Shown: positions 22,778 to 33,108, numbered from the stretch's first letter. The stretch: DNA of 60,151 bases from Poseidonia sp. (GCA_030827365.1 JAUREO010000005.1:1-60151), one strand, 5' to 3'. A program made the numbers and translations. The notes: generated from the letters alone by a model not told the origin.

Positions 22778-23866
22778 TTATTCCTCTTCAGATTTCATTG
22801 GGAAGTCATCATAGGTCTTGCTCATTTCATTATGAACAGTAGGCACAAATGTTGATTGTTGTTCTTGATTAATACCTGCTTTCATGTAGCGTTGATTGAG
22901 GAGAACAGGGACTGCAATTAGACTGGCACAAAACACAAAGAAGATCAAAGCAACTGACCAATTTGGTAAGATAAACGACCTTTGGTTTGAAATGACTGTG
23001 ACATCAGCATATACAGGCTCTCCAAGGGCCTGTGCATCATCAGTTCGAGAACTATCCCAAGCGTCGATAACAAGATAGAATTCATCCCACACCGTTTCTC
23101 CAAAAATCGAGGTGTACGCTTCTGGGCCGTCGAGACTTACGGAGAAAGTAGCGGTATCCACATTCTCATATTCGTGCACATCCCTGAAACTTTTCCAAGA
23201 AGAAATGTCAAAATTTTGCCATTCTGGAGGACTTGGGTCATCATCCAGCCCGCGGTAATCAAAATCATACCAGTAATTGCCATGTGCTATTGAATATGCA
23301 GATTGGTATTTCTGATATTCCGATGAGGTCATAAGATAAATATCCGCTTTCGAAGGTGTTGCATCCGTTGAATTGCTTGATAGGATTTGAATGCAGAACG
23401 TGGTTCTGTGGGATGATGATAAATTCAATCGAATAGCACCAGCACTATCATTTCCTGTGACCAATTGGAAGAAATGATTTGTTGTAAGCGTATCGAGCGG
23501 AGATGAATATGGATATGCATACATCCATTCTTCTTCTGGGTGTAAGGCTGGGTCAGCTTGGACTTGTACCTCTTCATCCATCATAGGTTCAGAAACTGCC
23601 ACATCTTTTCCACCAAAGCCAACGTCTTCATAGTAGAACCAGTTGGTGTTGTAAAAGGGTACCAAAGCATGTTTTGAGATTGATGCATTCCATTTTGTTG
23701 TTTGAATATCGCCTTGGCATTGATGATTTGAAGACATTGCTGTTGGACTAATGACGATTGAGAATCCCACAATCGACATCAACAAAAAAACGAAGGTGAG
23801 AGCCGATACTCTCCTTTCTATAGAAGGCACCATTGAACTATTTTTTGTCATGTAAAATGACCTCAT
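22778..23866 (-). CDS. Hypothetical membrane protein (N- and C-terminal TM, acidic/aromatic extracytoplasmic domain)
   Basis: 362-aa ORF with two hydrophobic segments; ATGA-coupled to the PKD protease gene. Confidence 0.7.
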   Translation of the reverse strand: MRSFYMTKNSSMVPSIERRVSALTFVFLLMSIVGFSIVISPTAMSSNHQCQGDIQTTKWNASISKHALVPFYNTNWFYYEDVGFGGKDVAVSEPMMDEEVQVQADPALHPEEEWMYAYPYSSPLDTLTTNHFFQLVTGNDSAGAIRLNLSSSHRTTFCIQILSSNSTDATPSKADIYLMTSSEYQKYQSAYSIAHGNYWYDFDYRGLDDDPSPPEWQNFDISSWKSFRDVHEYENVDTATFSVSLDGPEAYTSIFGETVWDEFYLVIDAWDSSRTDDAQALGEPVYADVTVISNQRSFILPNWSVALIFFVFCASLIAVPVLLNQRYMKAGINQEQQSTFVPTVHNEMSKTYDDFPMKSEEE

Positions 23867-26800
23867 CGTCTTCGGAGTGGGCGAACATATCCACTTTCTG
23901 AATTACGTCGTTCTTCCTTCGAAAGTATTTTTGGAGCCGGAGGTGGTTTATGATGATCCATACCAAGCATCCCGCCCTGATTTTCGACACGTTCCAAGTC
24001 GTTGTATGTTTCAGCCGCCTCTTTTGCTTCTTCCTCGAGTTCAGAGGGTTCTCTTAACCAAAGGTATCCGAGGACCAAAGCGACGATGATAAGTCCCATA
24101 AATTTAGCAAATTCAGATCCTGCATCTGCAAGCCAAGATTTCCATTCATCCGCACTAAATTCTGATAGCGAAGGTCTTTCGGAAGGCTCAATTGTTACTT
24201 CAATTTCCGTCGTTAAAAATGAACATGTACCAAATCCGTCACAAACCTGTACTAAGACAATATATGTTCCCGGCTCACTCCATGAGGTACTTGCCCTTGA
24301 TACTGATCCTGCAAGCGGGGAAACCCAATCATCGGCTGGGTTCCCGTTCGCATTTTCATCGACATCTGCATTGAAATCCCACAGGACCTCAAACTCTTGG
24401 GAGATACGTTCATCTCTGTCGATGATAGAACCATCTTCGATATTGGTATCTCTATAAATTTCAGAGAGGTATAGGTCACCATTTTCATTCAAAATCTTCG
24501 CAAACACAGCATTAGCAGTATCGACATAGATATCATCTGGGAAGAGTATTGTTTCGATGGTTGGAGGATATGCAACGATAATTGTGAAGGTCTCTCGACT
24601 CACATCGCCAGTTCCGAAGCTATCTCGAACGGTGAGAGAAACATCATAGATACCTGGAAGCAAATAGGCGTGGAATGGGAACGGATTATGTTCCACAGGT
24701 GTCGCATCACCGAAATCCCAAGTGTACTCAACAATGCCGTTCCATTGTTCTGTATCAGCAGTGTATGGAGAGAATTTGCCTTCATACTTCCTATCCGCAT
24801 CCCTTGTGCCATACGAATCAAAATACAACATATTTCCAGGGGAAGTGTATATTCTATTGTCATCATCAAAAGTATGGGTAAAATAATCAATTTGTGTGGT
24901 GTTCGTAAAAGAGGTTGAACTTGTGACTTGCTCCCCATCAATCCAAGCATCAAGAATGTTCACAGCGATGATTGGTCTTGGATTTTGAACATGCAGGGTC
25001 ACGATGCGGGGAAAACTCTCTTCTCCATCGGCATCAGTTACGATAAGGGTCACGGTGTGAGTTCCTGGTGAAGAAAATGAATGTGTGACTTGTGGCCGAT
25101 CGTTGGTTGTACCATCTGAAAAAATCCAGTTAAAACTGATGTCCGATGAATCCCCTACCAATCCATCTGGGTCAGAACTTGTACGTCCATCAAATGTGTA
25201 AGGTGTATCAATGGTTGCATCTTCGGATCTAAAGTCCACTTGCACGGAGCCCGATGTTGAAGAGGTTCGGACCGAGAATTGGGCGATTGGTTGTTGATTG
25301 AGAACATTGACAATCAGTTGAGCAGTAACTTGGCTACCGTCGTCATCCGTCACTTGAAGAGTAACTGATTTAAGACCTGGGGTATCCCAAGAGACAAATG
25401 GGTTTTGCTCAATTGAAGTAGTCATAATGAAGTCATCATTTCTGTCTGGTGCCTTGCTACCAATGTAGACCCCGTCTTCAAAATTCCACAAGTAGGATAT
25501 AATTTCACCATCGTCATCGACGAATACATTTGGCATTTGAAGAGGAATGTAGGTTGAGGATGTGAGTTGGTCTGAGTAGACTTGAATTGGTAAGCGGTTG
25601 TTGATGGTCACTTCAATTTCTTTGAGACCTACATTAAGTCCATCCGATACAGTCAAACTCAACGTGAAGGTTTGATTTTCGCCTTGAATATCTCCCCATT
25701 CATGTTGTTGGATATAAGCACCTACTCCCGAATCAACGGTACCATCACCCCAGTCCCATTCGAAGTACAAGTGATCGATTGGGACGTTGTCTACAGTTCG
25801 TCCCGCAGAAAATAGAATTCGCTGATTGGTCATTAACGAAAGGGCATCATCGATGATGACGTTGTTCACAGTGACAATTGGCATTGGCTCAGTATCATCA
25901 GTCACATTCACTTGTTCAACATCAACATTCGACCATGTTCCACCTTGGTCTTGAATTCTCAAGGTTGCATTATACTGACCTACATCTGTATACGAACGGA
26001 GTGGAGATTTAAGATTTGAACTTTGGTTGTCTCCGAAATTCCAGTAATAAGCGACAGGCTGATCTCGATATGGCAGGGTGTTGTTCTCATTCGACAACCC
26101 CCAAGCATCAAAACCGGCCCCTATGAATTGAATGTTTTCCCAAGTCTGTGCATCGTTTTGAGATACAGAACCGTTCGCAGTCGGAGCCATATTTCCAAGA
26201 GATGTCGGAGAAGTTGTTGCGGTATCGACCTGTGTCCCAATCACATCGGACATTGAGAATTCAATTCGATATTGGTCAACATTTGGTGCAGTAAAATAAA
26301 CAGTGTGCGAGATAGGTAAACCGCCGCCTGCTTGAACTCTTCTGGTGAGTGTATCAACGATGGTTCCATTGCTGTCACGTACATCGAACTTTACATCCAA
26401 GTCTTCAAAGAATGCGTTGGAAAGAACATCATATCCGATTTCCATCGTATCGCCTGTTCCGTCGCCATCCCTGTCTGAAACCATTGTCGTGTTGATGCTC
26501 AGCGTAGCAGGAGATGTAATCCTAGCAGCCTCCACATCGATTGTGCCTTGTGGGTAACTCGGACCACATGAAGTGTAATCGCAGTCTGCTACGGTACTAG
26601 CGTACCATGTAATAACCCAGACTTCATCTGTGAGGTTTCCAAATCCTGGAATGAGAGCAGTTGCGACATTGTTGTTGAAGTTAAGGTCCGTTACACTCCA
26701 AAGTCCATCCGTTGTGGCTTTTGAGACCACAACGCCATCAAAATTACTCACATCCGCCGTAGCACGAATTGTAAGTGGAGCTGGCGAGGCGGAGCCGGGT

Positions 26801-28059
26801 GTAAATTTAAACGAACGAATCCCCCATCCTTCGACAGAATTACCAGTCGAAGACCACGGCGTACTCCAATCGCTATTGATTTCAGTAGGTTGAGCCCTGC
26901 AAAACGCACCCGAAGAACAGACTGGATTCAAGTTGAGATTGGGAAATCCATAGATTCCTTGATCAGAATCGAGCGTGACCGCTATCGAAAAGTTCGCAAA
27001 GGCTTCACCCATGTTTCTTCCAAGGAGGCCGACTTGTCCAGCCAATGGAGAGAGCAAAAGATTGCGCACGCCTGCACCGCCAGTAGCCGTATCTTGCACG
27101 AGCTGTCGAACTGCTGGGCCTCCTCCAAGGTGGTCTTGAAGATACATTGTGAAGAGATATCCAGCACCATAGTCTGCAAATCGTTGATTCCACCATCGTA
27201 CAGACAATTCAGGTGCAGCAGTCCACTGGTTGACGTGACTAACAAGTGTGGAGTCCACTCCGAAGCAAAGATAGATGGCCACGTCTGCATTTCCTTCATC
27301 GAGCCACAAATTTTCATAAGGGTCAAGTGCGTTGTGCAACAAATGTTCAAGTTCGTGAGCAAGAATTGATTTTCCCCAACTTAAGGTGATGTCTGCAAAA
27401 TCAACGAAAATTGATTCTCTCGAACTGGCAAAAGACGGAGCAAAGTATCCGCCGGTATTGTATGCGCCGTCGATAGCGTAAATAATGATTTGAATTTGAC
27501 AATTATTATCCACATCGGGAGGAGCAAATCCTCGGCCGTCTTGGTAATCTTTACCGTAGTATGTTGTCATGGTCGGATAGATTGTGTTGTCCCAAGTACT
27601 TGCAAGATTATTGAGCACAGTTGAAGATAGGGTTCGGCCACTCTCGACGATGAAAGCGACCGATTGAGTTGTTTTTGCTACATACGCACTAATTTGGCCA
27701 CCTGCAGTGTTGACATTCAGTGTATCCCCCACAACATGCTGCGAACAAGCACGTGCACTTGCGCGACCCGATGTTTGTGCGTCTACGACCATATCTTCAA
27801 CACCGGGTCGTCCAGCATCAATCCAAGATTGTCGGAAAAATTGTGTTGCTGAAACTACTGGTTGTTCTTCGTGAATGAAGAGATATTGTGATCCAGTAGA
27901 AGGATCGAAGTCATTTATGTCGCCAATGATGGTTCCCAATGGGGCATCATAGGGATGTGAAATTTCAGGTTCAGCCGACCCCGGAAGAATTGGAAGAAGA
28001 CTTGATATTAAAAAAAGAAAGATGATGAATAAAGCCTTTTTGGAGCGAGAATCATACAT
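23863..28059 (-). CDS. Large surface-anchored zinc metallopeptidase (M30-like) with multiple PKD domains
   Basis: Signal peptide; 'ILAHELEHLLH...WLDEGNA'; PKD motifs 'YYWNFGD', 'WDWGDG', 'WIFSDG', 'YTWDFGD'; C-terminal TM and cytoplasmic tail. Confidence 0.85.
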   Translation of the reverse strand: MYDSRSKKALFIIFLFLISSLLPILPGSAEPEISHPYDAPLGTIIGDINDFDPSTGSQYLFIHEEQPVVSATQFFRQSWIDAGRPGVEDMVVDAQTSGRASARACSQHVVGDTLNVNTAGGQISAYVAKTTQSVAFIVESGRTLSSTVLNNLASTWDNTIYPTMTTYYGKDYQDGRGFAPPDVDNNCQIQIIIYAIDGAYNTGGYFAPSFASSRESIFVDFADITLSWGKSILAHELEHLLHNALDPYENLWLDEGNADVAIYLCFGVDSTLVSHVNQWTAAPELSVRWWNQRFADYGAGYLFTMYLQDHLGGGPAVRQLVQDTATGGAGVRNLLLSPLAGQVGLLGRNMGEAFANFSIAVTLDSDQGIYGFPNLNLNPVCSSGAFCRAQPTEINSDWSTPWSSTGNSVEGWGIRSFKFTPGSASPAPLTIRATADVSNFDGVVVSKATTDGLWSVTDLNFNNNVATALIPGFGNLTDEVWVITWYASTVADCDYTSCGPSYPQGTIDVEAARITSPATLSINTTMVSDRDGDGTGDTMEIGYDVLSNAFFEDLDVKFDVRDSNGTIVDTLTRRVQAGGGLPISHTVYFTAPNVDQYRIEFSMSDVIGTQVDTATTSPTSLGNMAPTANGSVSQNDAQTWENIQFIGAGFDAWGLSNENNTLPYRDQPVAYYWNFGDNQSSNLKSPLRSYTDVGQYNATLRIQDQGGTWSNVDVEQVNVTDDTEPMPIVTVNNVIIDDALSLMTNQRILFSAGRTVDNVPIDHLYFEWDWGDGTVDSGVGAYIQQHEWGDIQGENQTFTLSLTVSDGLNVGLKEIEVTINNRLPIQVYSDQLTSSTYIPLQMPNVFVDDDGEIISYLWNFEDGVYIGSKAPDRNDDFIMTTSIEQNPFVSWDTPGLKSVTLQVTDDDGSQVTAQLIVNVLNQQPIAQFSVRTSSTSGSVQVDFRSEDATIDTPYTFDGRTSSDPDGLVGDSSDISFNWIFSDGTTNDRPQVTHSFSSPGTHTVTLIVTDADGEESFPRIVTLHVQNPRPIIAVNILDAWIDGEQVTSSTSFTNTTQIDYFTHTFDDDNRIYTSPGNMLYFDSYGTRDADRKYEGKFSPYTADTEQWNGIVEYTWDFGDATPVEHNPFPFHAYLLPGIYDVSLTVRDSFGTGDVSRETFTIIVAYPPTIETILFPDDIYVDTANAVFAKILNENGDLYLSEIYRDTNIEDGSIIDRDERISQEFEVLWDFNADVDENANGNPADDWVSPLAGSVSRASTSWSEPGTYIVLVQVCDGFGTCSFLTTEIEVTIEPSERPSLSEFSADEWKSWLADAGSEFAKFMGLIIVALVLGYLWLREPSELEEEAKEAAETYNDLERVENQGGMLGMDHHKPPPAPKILSKEERRNSESGYVRPLRRR

Positions 28060-28148
28060 TCCTTCACCTCAGCATATTGAGAGCAGGCTCTCTTTTTTTC
28101 CCACACAAAAGGTTGTATTTAAGTGTCCGTGATTGAAGCATCACTCTG

Positions 28149-29336
28149 ATGGTATCAAGATTGCTTGTTTTCTTGGTGGTGTTGTTTATGTTATCATCTT
28201 CGTTACCAAGCACCTTCAACGAGGTGTCTGTTCGACCTTCTTCGACAGTTTCGCCCGACTGCGGACTGTTGGAAAATTTGAATTTCAATGGCAGTCGAGC
28301 TTTCTCAGATTTAGAATGGCAAGTCTCACTTGGCCCCCGTATCCCTGAGAGTAACGCTTCCAACGAATTTCGCAACAATTTATCTGAATTTCTGGAGTCC
28401 CTCGGTTATGTTGTTGAATCACAACAACATCAACATCTAAATTATAATTTTACGAATGTTTTGGCAAAATATTCTTCACCTCATGTACAAAACAATGTAA
28501 AGACAGTCATTTTTTCTGCTCATTACGACTCTCGCAACATTGCTGATAGAGATGGAAATGAAAGTTTACGTTCTCGTCCTATCGATGGAGCTAACGACGG
28601 TGCAAGCGGTACGGCTGTTCTCATGGAGTTAGCACGGTTGATACCAAGTATGAATTTGTCATATTCGGTCGAGTTTCTTTGGACTGATGCAGAAGATCAA
28701 GGCCAAAACTTTACTCTGGGTTCAAAAGCATGGGCAGAGAACTTAACATTCGAAGAAATTGATGACATTGAAGCATTTATTCTTCTTGACATGGTTGGTG
28801 ATAAGGATTTAAAACTTCACAAAATCAGCCCAGGAAATGCTTCTCTTTACGGACAAATCGAATTGATTGCACATCGTCTTGGATATGGTCCAAACGCTAC
28901 ATGCCAGACAGATTTTCCTCAAGGGATTCTCGATTATCAAAAAACTACATTTGTGTTTGATGACCATGTCCATCCACATCAACTCGGTATACCATCGATT
29001 GATATCATGGATCCTGTGTATGGAGATGAATCCTACGGTGGATTTGGAAGTCTTTGGCACACAACAAATGACACCATAGACAATGTTTCACCTGAAGCAT
29101 TAACCGCTGTAGGGCGCATATTGGAATTTGGTCTTCAAAACAAGTATTTTGTGAATTTTTACAATGATGAATCGACAAATGATACACAACAAAACCAAAC
29201 GTTTGATGATAATATTACTACTGATGCTGGCACCTCAGCTGAAAAATACATTTTGCCAAGTCTTATCTCTATTGGGATTTTTTGCCTATTAGTTGCACTT
29301 TTTGTGTATAGATTGAAGAAGGTTCGTGCGCGGTAA
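28149..29336 (+). CDS. M28-fold protein, glutaminyl-peptide cyclotransferase-like, membrane anchored
   Basis: 'QVSLGPRIPES', 'SAHYDSR', 'GANDGASG', 'TDAEDQG', 'LLDMVG', 'DDH', 'WHTTNDT'; signal peptide and C-terminal TM plus KKVRAR. Confidence 0.8.
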   Translation: MVSRLLVFLVVLFMLSSSLPSTFNEVSVRPSSTVSPDCGLLENLNFNGSRAFSDLEWQVSLGPRIPESNASNEFRNNLSEFLESLGYVVESQQHQHLNYNFTNVLAKYSSPHVQNNVKTVIFSAHYDSRNIADRDGNESLRSRPIDGANDGASGTAVLMELARLIPSMNLSYSVEFLWTDAEDQGQNFTLGSKAWAENLTFEEIDDIEAFILLDMVGDKDLKLHKISPGNASLYGQIELIAHRLGYGPNATCQTDFPQGILDYQKTTFVFDDHVHPHQLGIPSIDIMDPVYGDESYGGFGSLWHTTNDTIDNVSPEALTAVGRILEFGLQNKYFVNFYNDESTNDTQQNQTFDDNITTDAGTSAEKYILPSLISIGIFCLLVALFVYRLKKVRAR

Positions 29337-29388
29337 GGAATGAAAGGACTCATATCCGCGTATGCGATGGTATGGATGGGTGAGGAAC

Positions 29389-30234
29389 ATGAATGCTGAT
29401 AGAGAGCAAAGAAAACAAGCTCTCCGAGCCAGAGTTCAAAGTAAACTTTCTCAACAAGACCAACCAGAACAAGAGATCATTGTTTCATCCGATGAACTGA
29501 TTGTAGCTTCCCCAATCGTCGAAACAAATCCACATCAAATCTATTCCTTTGTGAAAGATGATTCCAATCGGGTACAATCTGTAGCATCCATTTGCATTCT
29601 TATCGGCAGCATTCTGGGTGTCATTAGTGGCATTCTTATTTTCCAAGGCAATCCAGGTGATCTGCTTGCATCTTCGTTCTTCTCTGAAACTGATAGCGTA
29701 GATGTGACTGGAGTTGTTTTATTTGACGATGATGGAGGGGGCCTTAATGCCGTTCTCATTGAACTAAAAAATGAGGATAACATTATTCAACAAACTACAA
29801 CTTCTAATTCCGATGGTTATTACCGATTTGAGAATGTTACAACAAATGTTCACATTCTCGTTTTTTCCAAAGATGGTTACGAGACAATAGAACGAACATT
29901 TATTCCTGATGGCGGAAATTCTTTGCCAGCAACGATGGCCGAAGGAGATGGTGTTCGAAAAGAAGATTTTCGTTCGAGTACTGGTGGCTGGAGTCTTGAC
30001 TTAGCCGTCGGGTTGTCGAGTATTATCGGAATTGTTACCATTGTTTGCGGATTTGTGGGCATCCAAGGGGCTGTGGAAGTTCGAAGGGCACGACGTTACA
30101 GACTCACACACTATCTGGCAGGAATCGGTTTGTTTAGTCGTGGACTCATCATTTTCGGCCCCCTTCTCATTCTGCTTGGTATGATTCTCATCACATTCAT
30201 TCGCGAAGAATTTGAAGACCAGATCGGGGTGTAA
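29389..30234 (+). CDS. Membrane protein with carboxypeptidase-regulatory-like (prealbumin-like) beta domain
   Basis: 'VTGVVLFDD..GL..VLIEL...TTTSNSDGYYRFENV...HILVFSKDGY'; several TMs; start at ATG 29389 after GGTGAGG. Confidence 0.7.
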   Translation: MNADREQRKQALRARVQSKLSQQDQPEQEIIVSSDELIVASPIVETNPHQIYSFVKDDSNRVQSVASICILIGSILGVISGILIFQGNPGDLLASSFFSETDSVDVTGVVLFDDDGGGLNAVLIELKNEDNIIQQTTTSNSDGYYRFENVTTNVHILVFSKDGYETIERTFIPDGGNSLPATMAEGDGVRKEDFRSSTGGWSLDLAVGLSSIIGIVTIVCGFVGIQGAVEVRRARRYRLTHYLAGIGLFSRGLIIFGPLLILLGMILITFIREEFEDQIGV

Positions 30235-30236
30235 AT

Positions 30237-31592
30237 GTGTACCTCATTTCCGTTGAGGGAGGCGACGGTTCTGGAAAAGGTGAAGCGGCTCGAATTTTGG
30301 CTGAGCTCCTTTCGGAATACCCATTTCCAGATGTCATTTCAACCCATGAACCACGAAGACAGAGTGAATTGGGGAAACTTGCTTTGTCTGCTGTAAAACA
30401 CGGGAAAAAAACACCCCTTGAGGAAGCAGGCCTTTTTGCTGCCGACCGATTAGACCATTCCCACACCTTTATTCTTCCACATCTTGGGCAAGGGTCAGTG
30501 GTCGTCTCCGATCGAAATGTACATTCATCACTTATCTATCAAGGGGTTGTTGGTGAACTTGGAATTGACCAAGTAGTGAAAATGAACGCTGCGGCAATGA
30601 TTCCTGATATCGTATTTTGGATTGATTGCGACCCTGAAAAAGCGATGAAAAGAATTCAAACGGGAACTCTCAGAATGACCAGTGGAAAGCAAGAGTATTT
30701 TGAAACAACTGAAATTCAAAAGAAAATACGTCGAGGATTTCATGAATTGCTATCAGGCGAAATACGCGTCCCAGCTCCTTTTGATAAGTGTCAAATTGTG
30801 GGGCCAATTTTGAATGAAGGTGGTTTAGATGAACTTAAATCGTGTCTAAGAGAAGAATTGAGGCGATTTTTTAACAAGCGGTCCGAACCCCTCAATGTTT
30901 CATCTGACGAGGTTGATAGGGTTCTCTTATCAAAATTGGTTGAAAGTGTTCAACGTCAAACAAGGTTGCCAGGGGCACCTATGGAAAAAACCGAAATTCA
31001 TACCGATTGGTTAAGTGGCCAATCCCCATCATGGTGGTTTGACCACGCAGAGATCCGTTGGAACACCGAGTCTGCGAAGGAGAATGATGTTCCTGCTACA
31101 CCATTTGCTCATTCATGTTGGTCGGTCTTAGGAACATTATCTCTCATGGGGGGTTCGTGCGAGATACCTCGATTATACACATCTTTTGGACCATCAAGAA
31201 TGGTGACTAAACGCCATACTCAAAGACTTGTGAAGTGGCTTGTGGAAGAGAATTGGATTCATAAACAACAATCCCATGTTCCCTTCGTGGATGCCCAAGT
31301 CTTCAAATTGAGAGATGACACTGTGGGCTATTCAAGACTGACACTAGCATTATGGCCAGCAAGGCAATTGTTTTCTGCGTGGAGAAGGGCAAACCCTGAA
31401 TCGGATTGGAGTTTGGCATTTGGATCGATTTTTGGGACTTCCACATCGGAATTGCCTCCATCTCAACAGAAAATGATACAACAAATTTCCCTGAGGCTTG
31501 AAATTTTGACAAGTGGGCACACTGGCTGCCCGGTACCGAACAATGTGGAAGAGATGAATGTCTGGTGGTCGATGGAACCGCCTTCACTCTGA
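30237..31592 (+). CDS. tmk: Thymidylate kinase with long C-terminal extension
   Basis: 'SVEGGDGSGKG', 'THEP', 'LFAADRLDH', 'VVSDRNVHSSLIYQG', 'PDIVFWID'; about 240 extra residues. Confidence 0.85.
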   Translation: MYLISVEGGDGSGKGEAARILAELLSEYPFPDVISTHEPRRQSELGKLALSAVKHGKKTPLEEAGLFAADRLDHSHTFILPHLGQGSVVVSDRNVHSSLIYQGVVGELGIDQVVKMNAAAMIPDIVFWIDCDPEKAMKRIQTGTLRMTSGKQEYFETTEIQKKIRRGFHELLSGEIRVPAPFDKCQIVGPILNEGGLDELKSCLREELRRFFNKRSEPLNVSSDEVDRVLLSKLVESVQRQTRLPGAPMEKTEIHTDWLSGQSPSWWFDHAEIRWNTESAKENDVPATPFAHSCWSVLGTLSLMGGSCEIPRLYTSFGPSRMVTKRHTQRLVKWLVEENWIHKQQSHVPFVDAQVFKLRDDTVGYSRLTLALWPARQLFSAWRRANPESDWSLAFGSIFGTSTSELPPSQQKMIQQISLRLEILTSGHTGCPVPNNVEEMNVWWSMEPPSL

Positions 31593-32357
31593 CTCTTCTG
31601 CTTTGACCAAGGCGAATGTTACTCCCCCCGGTAATCTAACAGATGCGGCATTTGAGAAAAACTGAGAACGTGCAGAGTACATTCCTAAGAATAAAATGCC
31701 AAGGCCGAAGCCAAATGGAATTCCTGTCATTATTCTAACAGCGTTGTTCGATTCGTAACTGGTGAGGAGTTGATAAAATCCATCGAAAATTAATGGTAAG
31801 CAAAGGATGACTCCACTAAGTAACCATGCAAGAGTTCGCTGGTTTCTTAAATAAATAGATTTGAGCCAACGGTCTGAATACAATGACAAGCAGGTGTCCC
31901 GTACAGTCCATCGATTGACGCCACGGAAATAAAACGCAACGCTCCCTAAAAACAAACCAAAGAAAATGCCGATATCTCTAGTACAAACCGGCATTTGGTT
32001 CTCATTGAGCATCCAACTTCGTTCATGTTTCTGGTGACAGTTTAAGTCACCGAATCCGTAGATAATTGCAGCAAAAATGTTTAACTCGGACCAAGCAAAT
32101 GAAGAATGCTCAACAATTTCGCCGTCGTCATGTTCATGAGGTCCAACTTTTTTGTTGCCTCCACTGCCCCAAGAGTCCTCCTCTTCCGACACATAATCAA
32201 ACAAATTGGCATTTCCTGATAGTTGTCCTGTAGCACCTTTTTCAATCGTAAAGGGGGCAATAAAAAATGAAATGAAAAAGAACCCAATCACAATTGATGA
32301 CCAAAATGCAAATTTTCGTTCACGCCCTCGATGGACGAGGCCGTTTCTTTCCACCAT
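31584..32357 (-). CDS. DUF2085-like membrane protein
   Basis: 'CHQKHERS...QMPVCTRDIGI', 'PLIFDGFYQL..YESNNAVRIMTG'; start moved to ATG 32357. Confidence 0.8.
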   Translation of the reverse strand: MVERNGLVHRGRERKFAFWSSIVIGFFFISFFIAPFTIEKGATGQLSGNANLFDYVSEEEDSWGSGGNKKVGPHEHDDGEIVEHSSFAWSELNIFAAIIYGFGDLNCHQKHERSWMLNENQMPVCTRDIGIFFGLFLGSVAFYFRGVNRWTVRDTCLSLYSDRWLKSIYLRNQRTLAWLLSGVILCLPLIFDGFYQLLTSYESNNAVRIMTGIPFGFGLGILFLGMYSARSQFFSNAASVRLPGGVTFALVKAEESE

Positions 32358-32428
32358 GTTCGTTGTTATACGTTGAAGTATTTTGGATTTAGCATGAAAT
32401 CTAAAGGTGTTGAAGGAGTGGGGTTCTC

Positions 32429-33061
32429 GTGGAAGACCCGCCATTACGACGTGTTGGATTTTCAACTGGCATTCAAGCTGGAGTTGTGTTAGGGTTGTAT
32501 GTCGGGTTTTCAGTTGCCGTTGTTTCTGCGCTTACGCAACCGGATGATTTACTTCGTCATCTCCAATTGTTCTGTTTTTTCCCAATTCTTTTCGCATTGG
32601 TACTTGGACCAATCTTAGGATTTCGTAAAGTTCCTGATGTCGAATATGAAAATCCAATACAAAAAGCGAGAGAACTTCTTGAAGAATACAATGAAGGGCA
32701 AGGAAACTGGAGAGTGATGAGCCATGTTCATTCCGATGGCAGAACATTGAGAATCGATTTGAATAATTTATCAAATATCCGAGGGGTAGTCAAAACCTCA
32801 TTGCAACTGACGAGTAAGGTTCCTGTTCGATTTATTGTTGGACGAGGGACGAGAACGAGTCGGAACCCTGATTTGAGAAGCCATGTTTTAGGTTATATCG
32901 AAAAAGAAATTCCAATGAGCAGAGTAAAAAGAACCACATCTTCAATTGAAGTTTTACCCCCAACAGTCATGTCACAGGTGGAGAAATCCAACACGATTGA
33001 GAAAATCGTTTTGTACAGTCTTCCAATTGTCATTTTCCTTGCATGGCTCGAATTACAGTAG
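32429..33061 (+). CDS. Membrane protein (3 TM) with Smr-like domain
   Basis: 'LRIDLNNL...VRFIVGRGTRTS...LRSHVLGYI' parallels the Smr pattern IDLHG...I.GxGxHS...Lk..V. Confidence 0.6.
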   Translation: MEDPPLRRVGFSTGIQAGVVLGLYVGFSVAVVSALTQPDDLLRHLQLFCFFPILFALVLGPILGFRKVPDVEYENPIQKARELLEEYNEGQGNWRVMSHVHSDGRTLRIDLNNLSNIRGVVKTSLQLTSKVPVRFIVGRGTRTSRNPDLRSHVLGYIEKEIPMSRVKRTTSSIEVLPPTVMSQVEKSNTIEKIVLYSLPIVIFLAWLELQ

Positions 33062-33108
33062 TATTGTCAAGAACAACACAATAAAAGGGAACACATCCAC
33101 CACTATTC

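Noticed and set aside
29230-29336. Possible archaeosortase sorting signal on the M28/QC protein
   Set aside because: TM plus basic tail is present, but there is no PGF or PEF motif; treated as a plain anchor
32358-32465. Apparent head-to-head overlap of the DUF2085 and Smr-like genes
   Set aside because: Removed by using ATG 32357 for the DUF2085 gene
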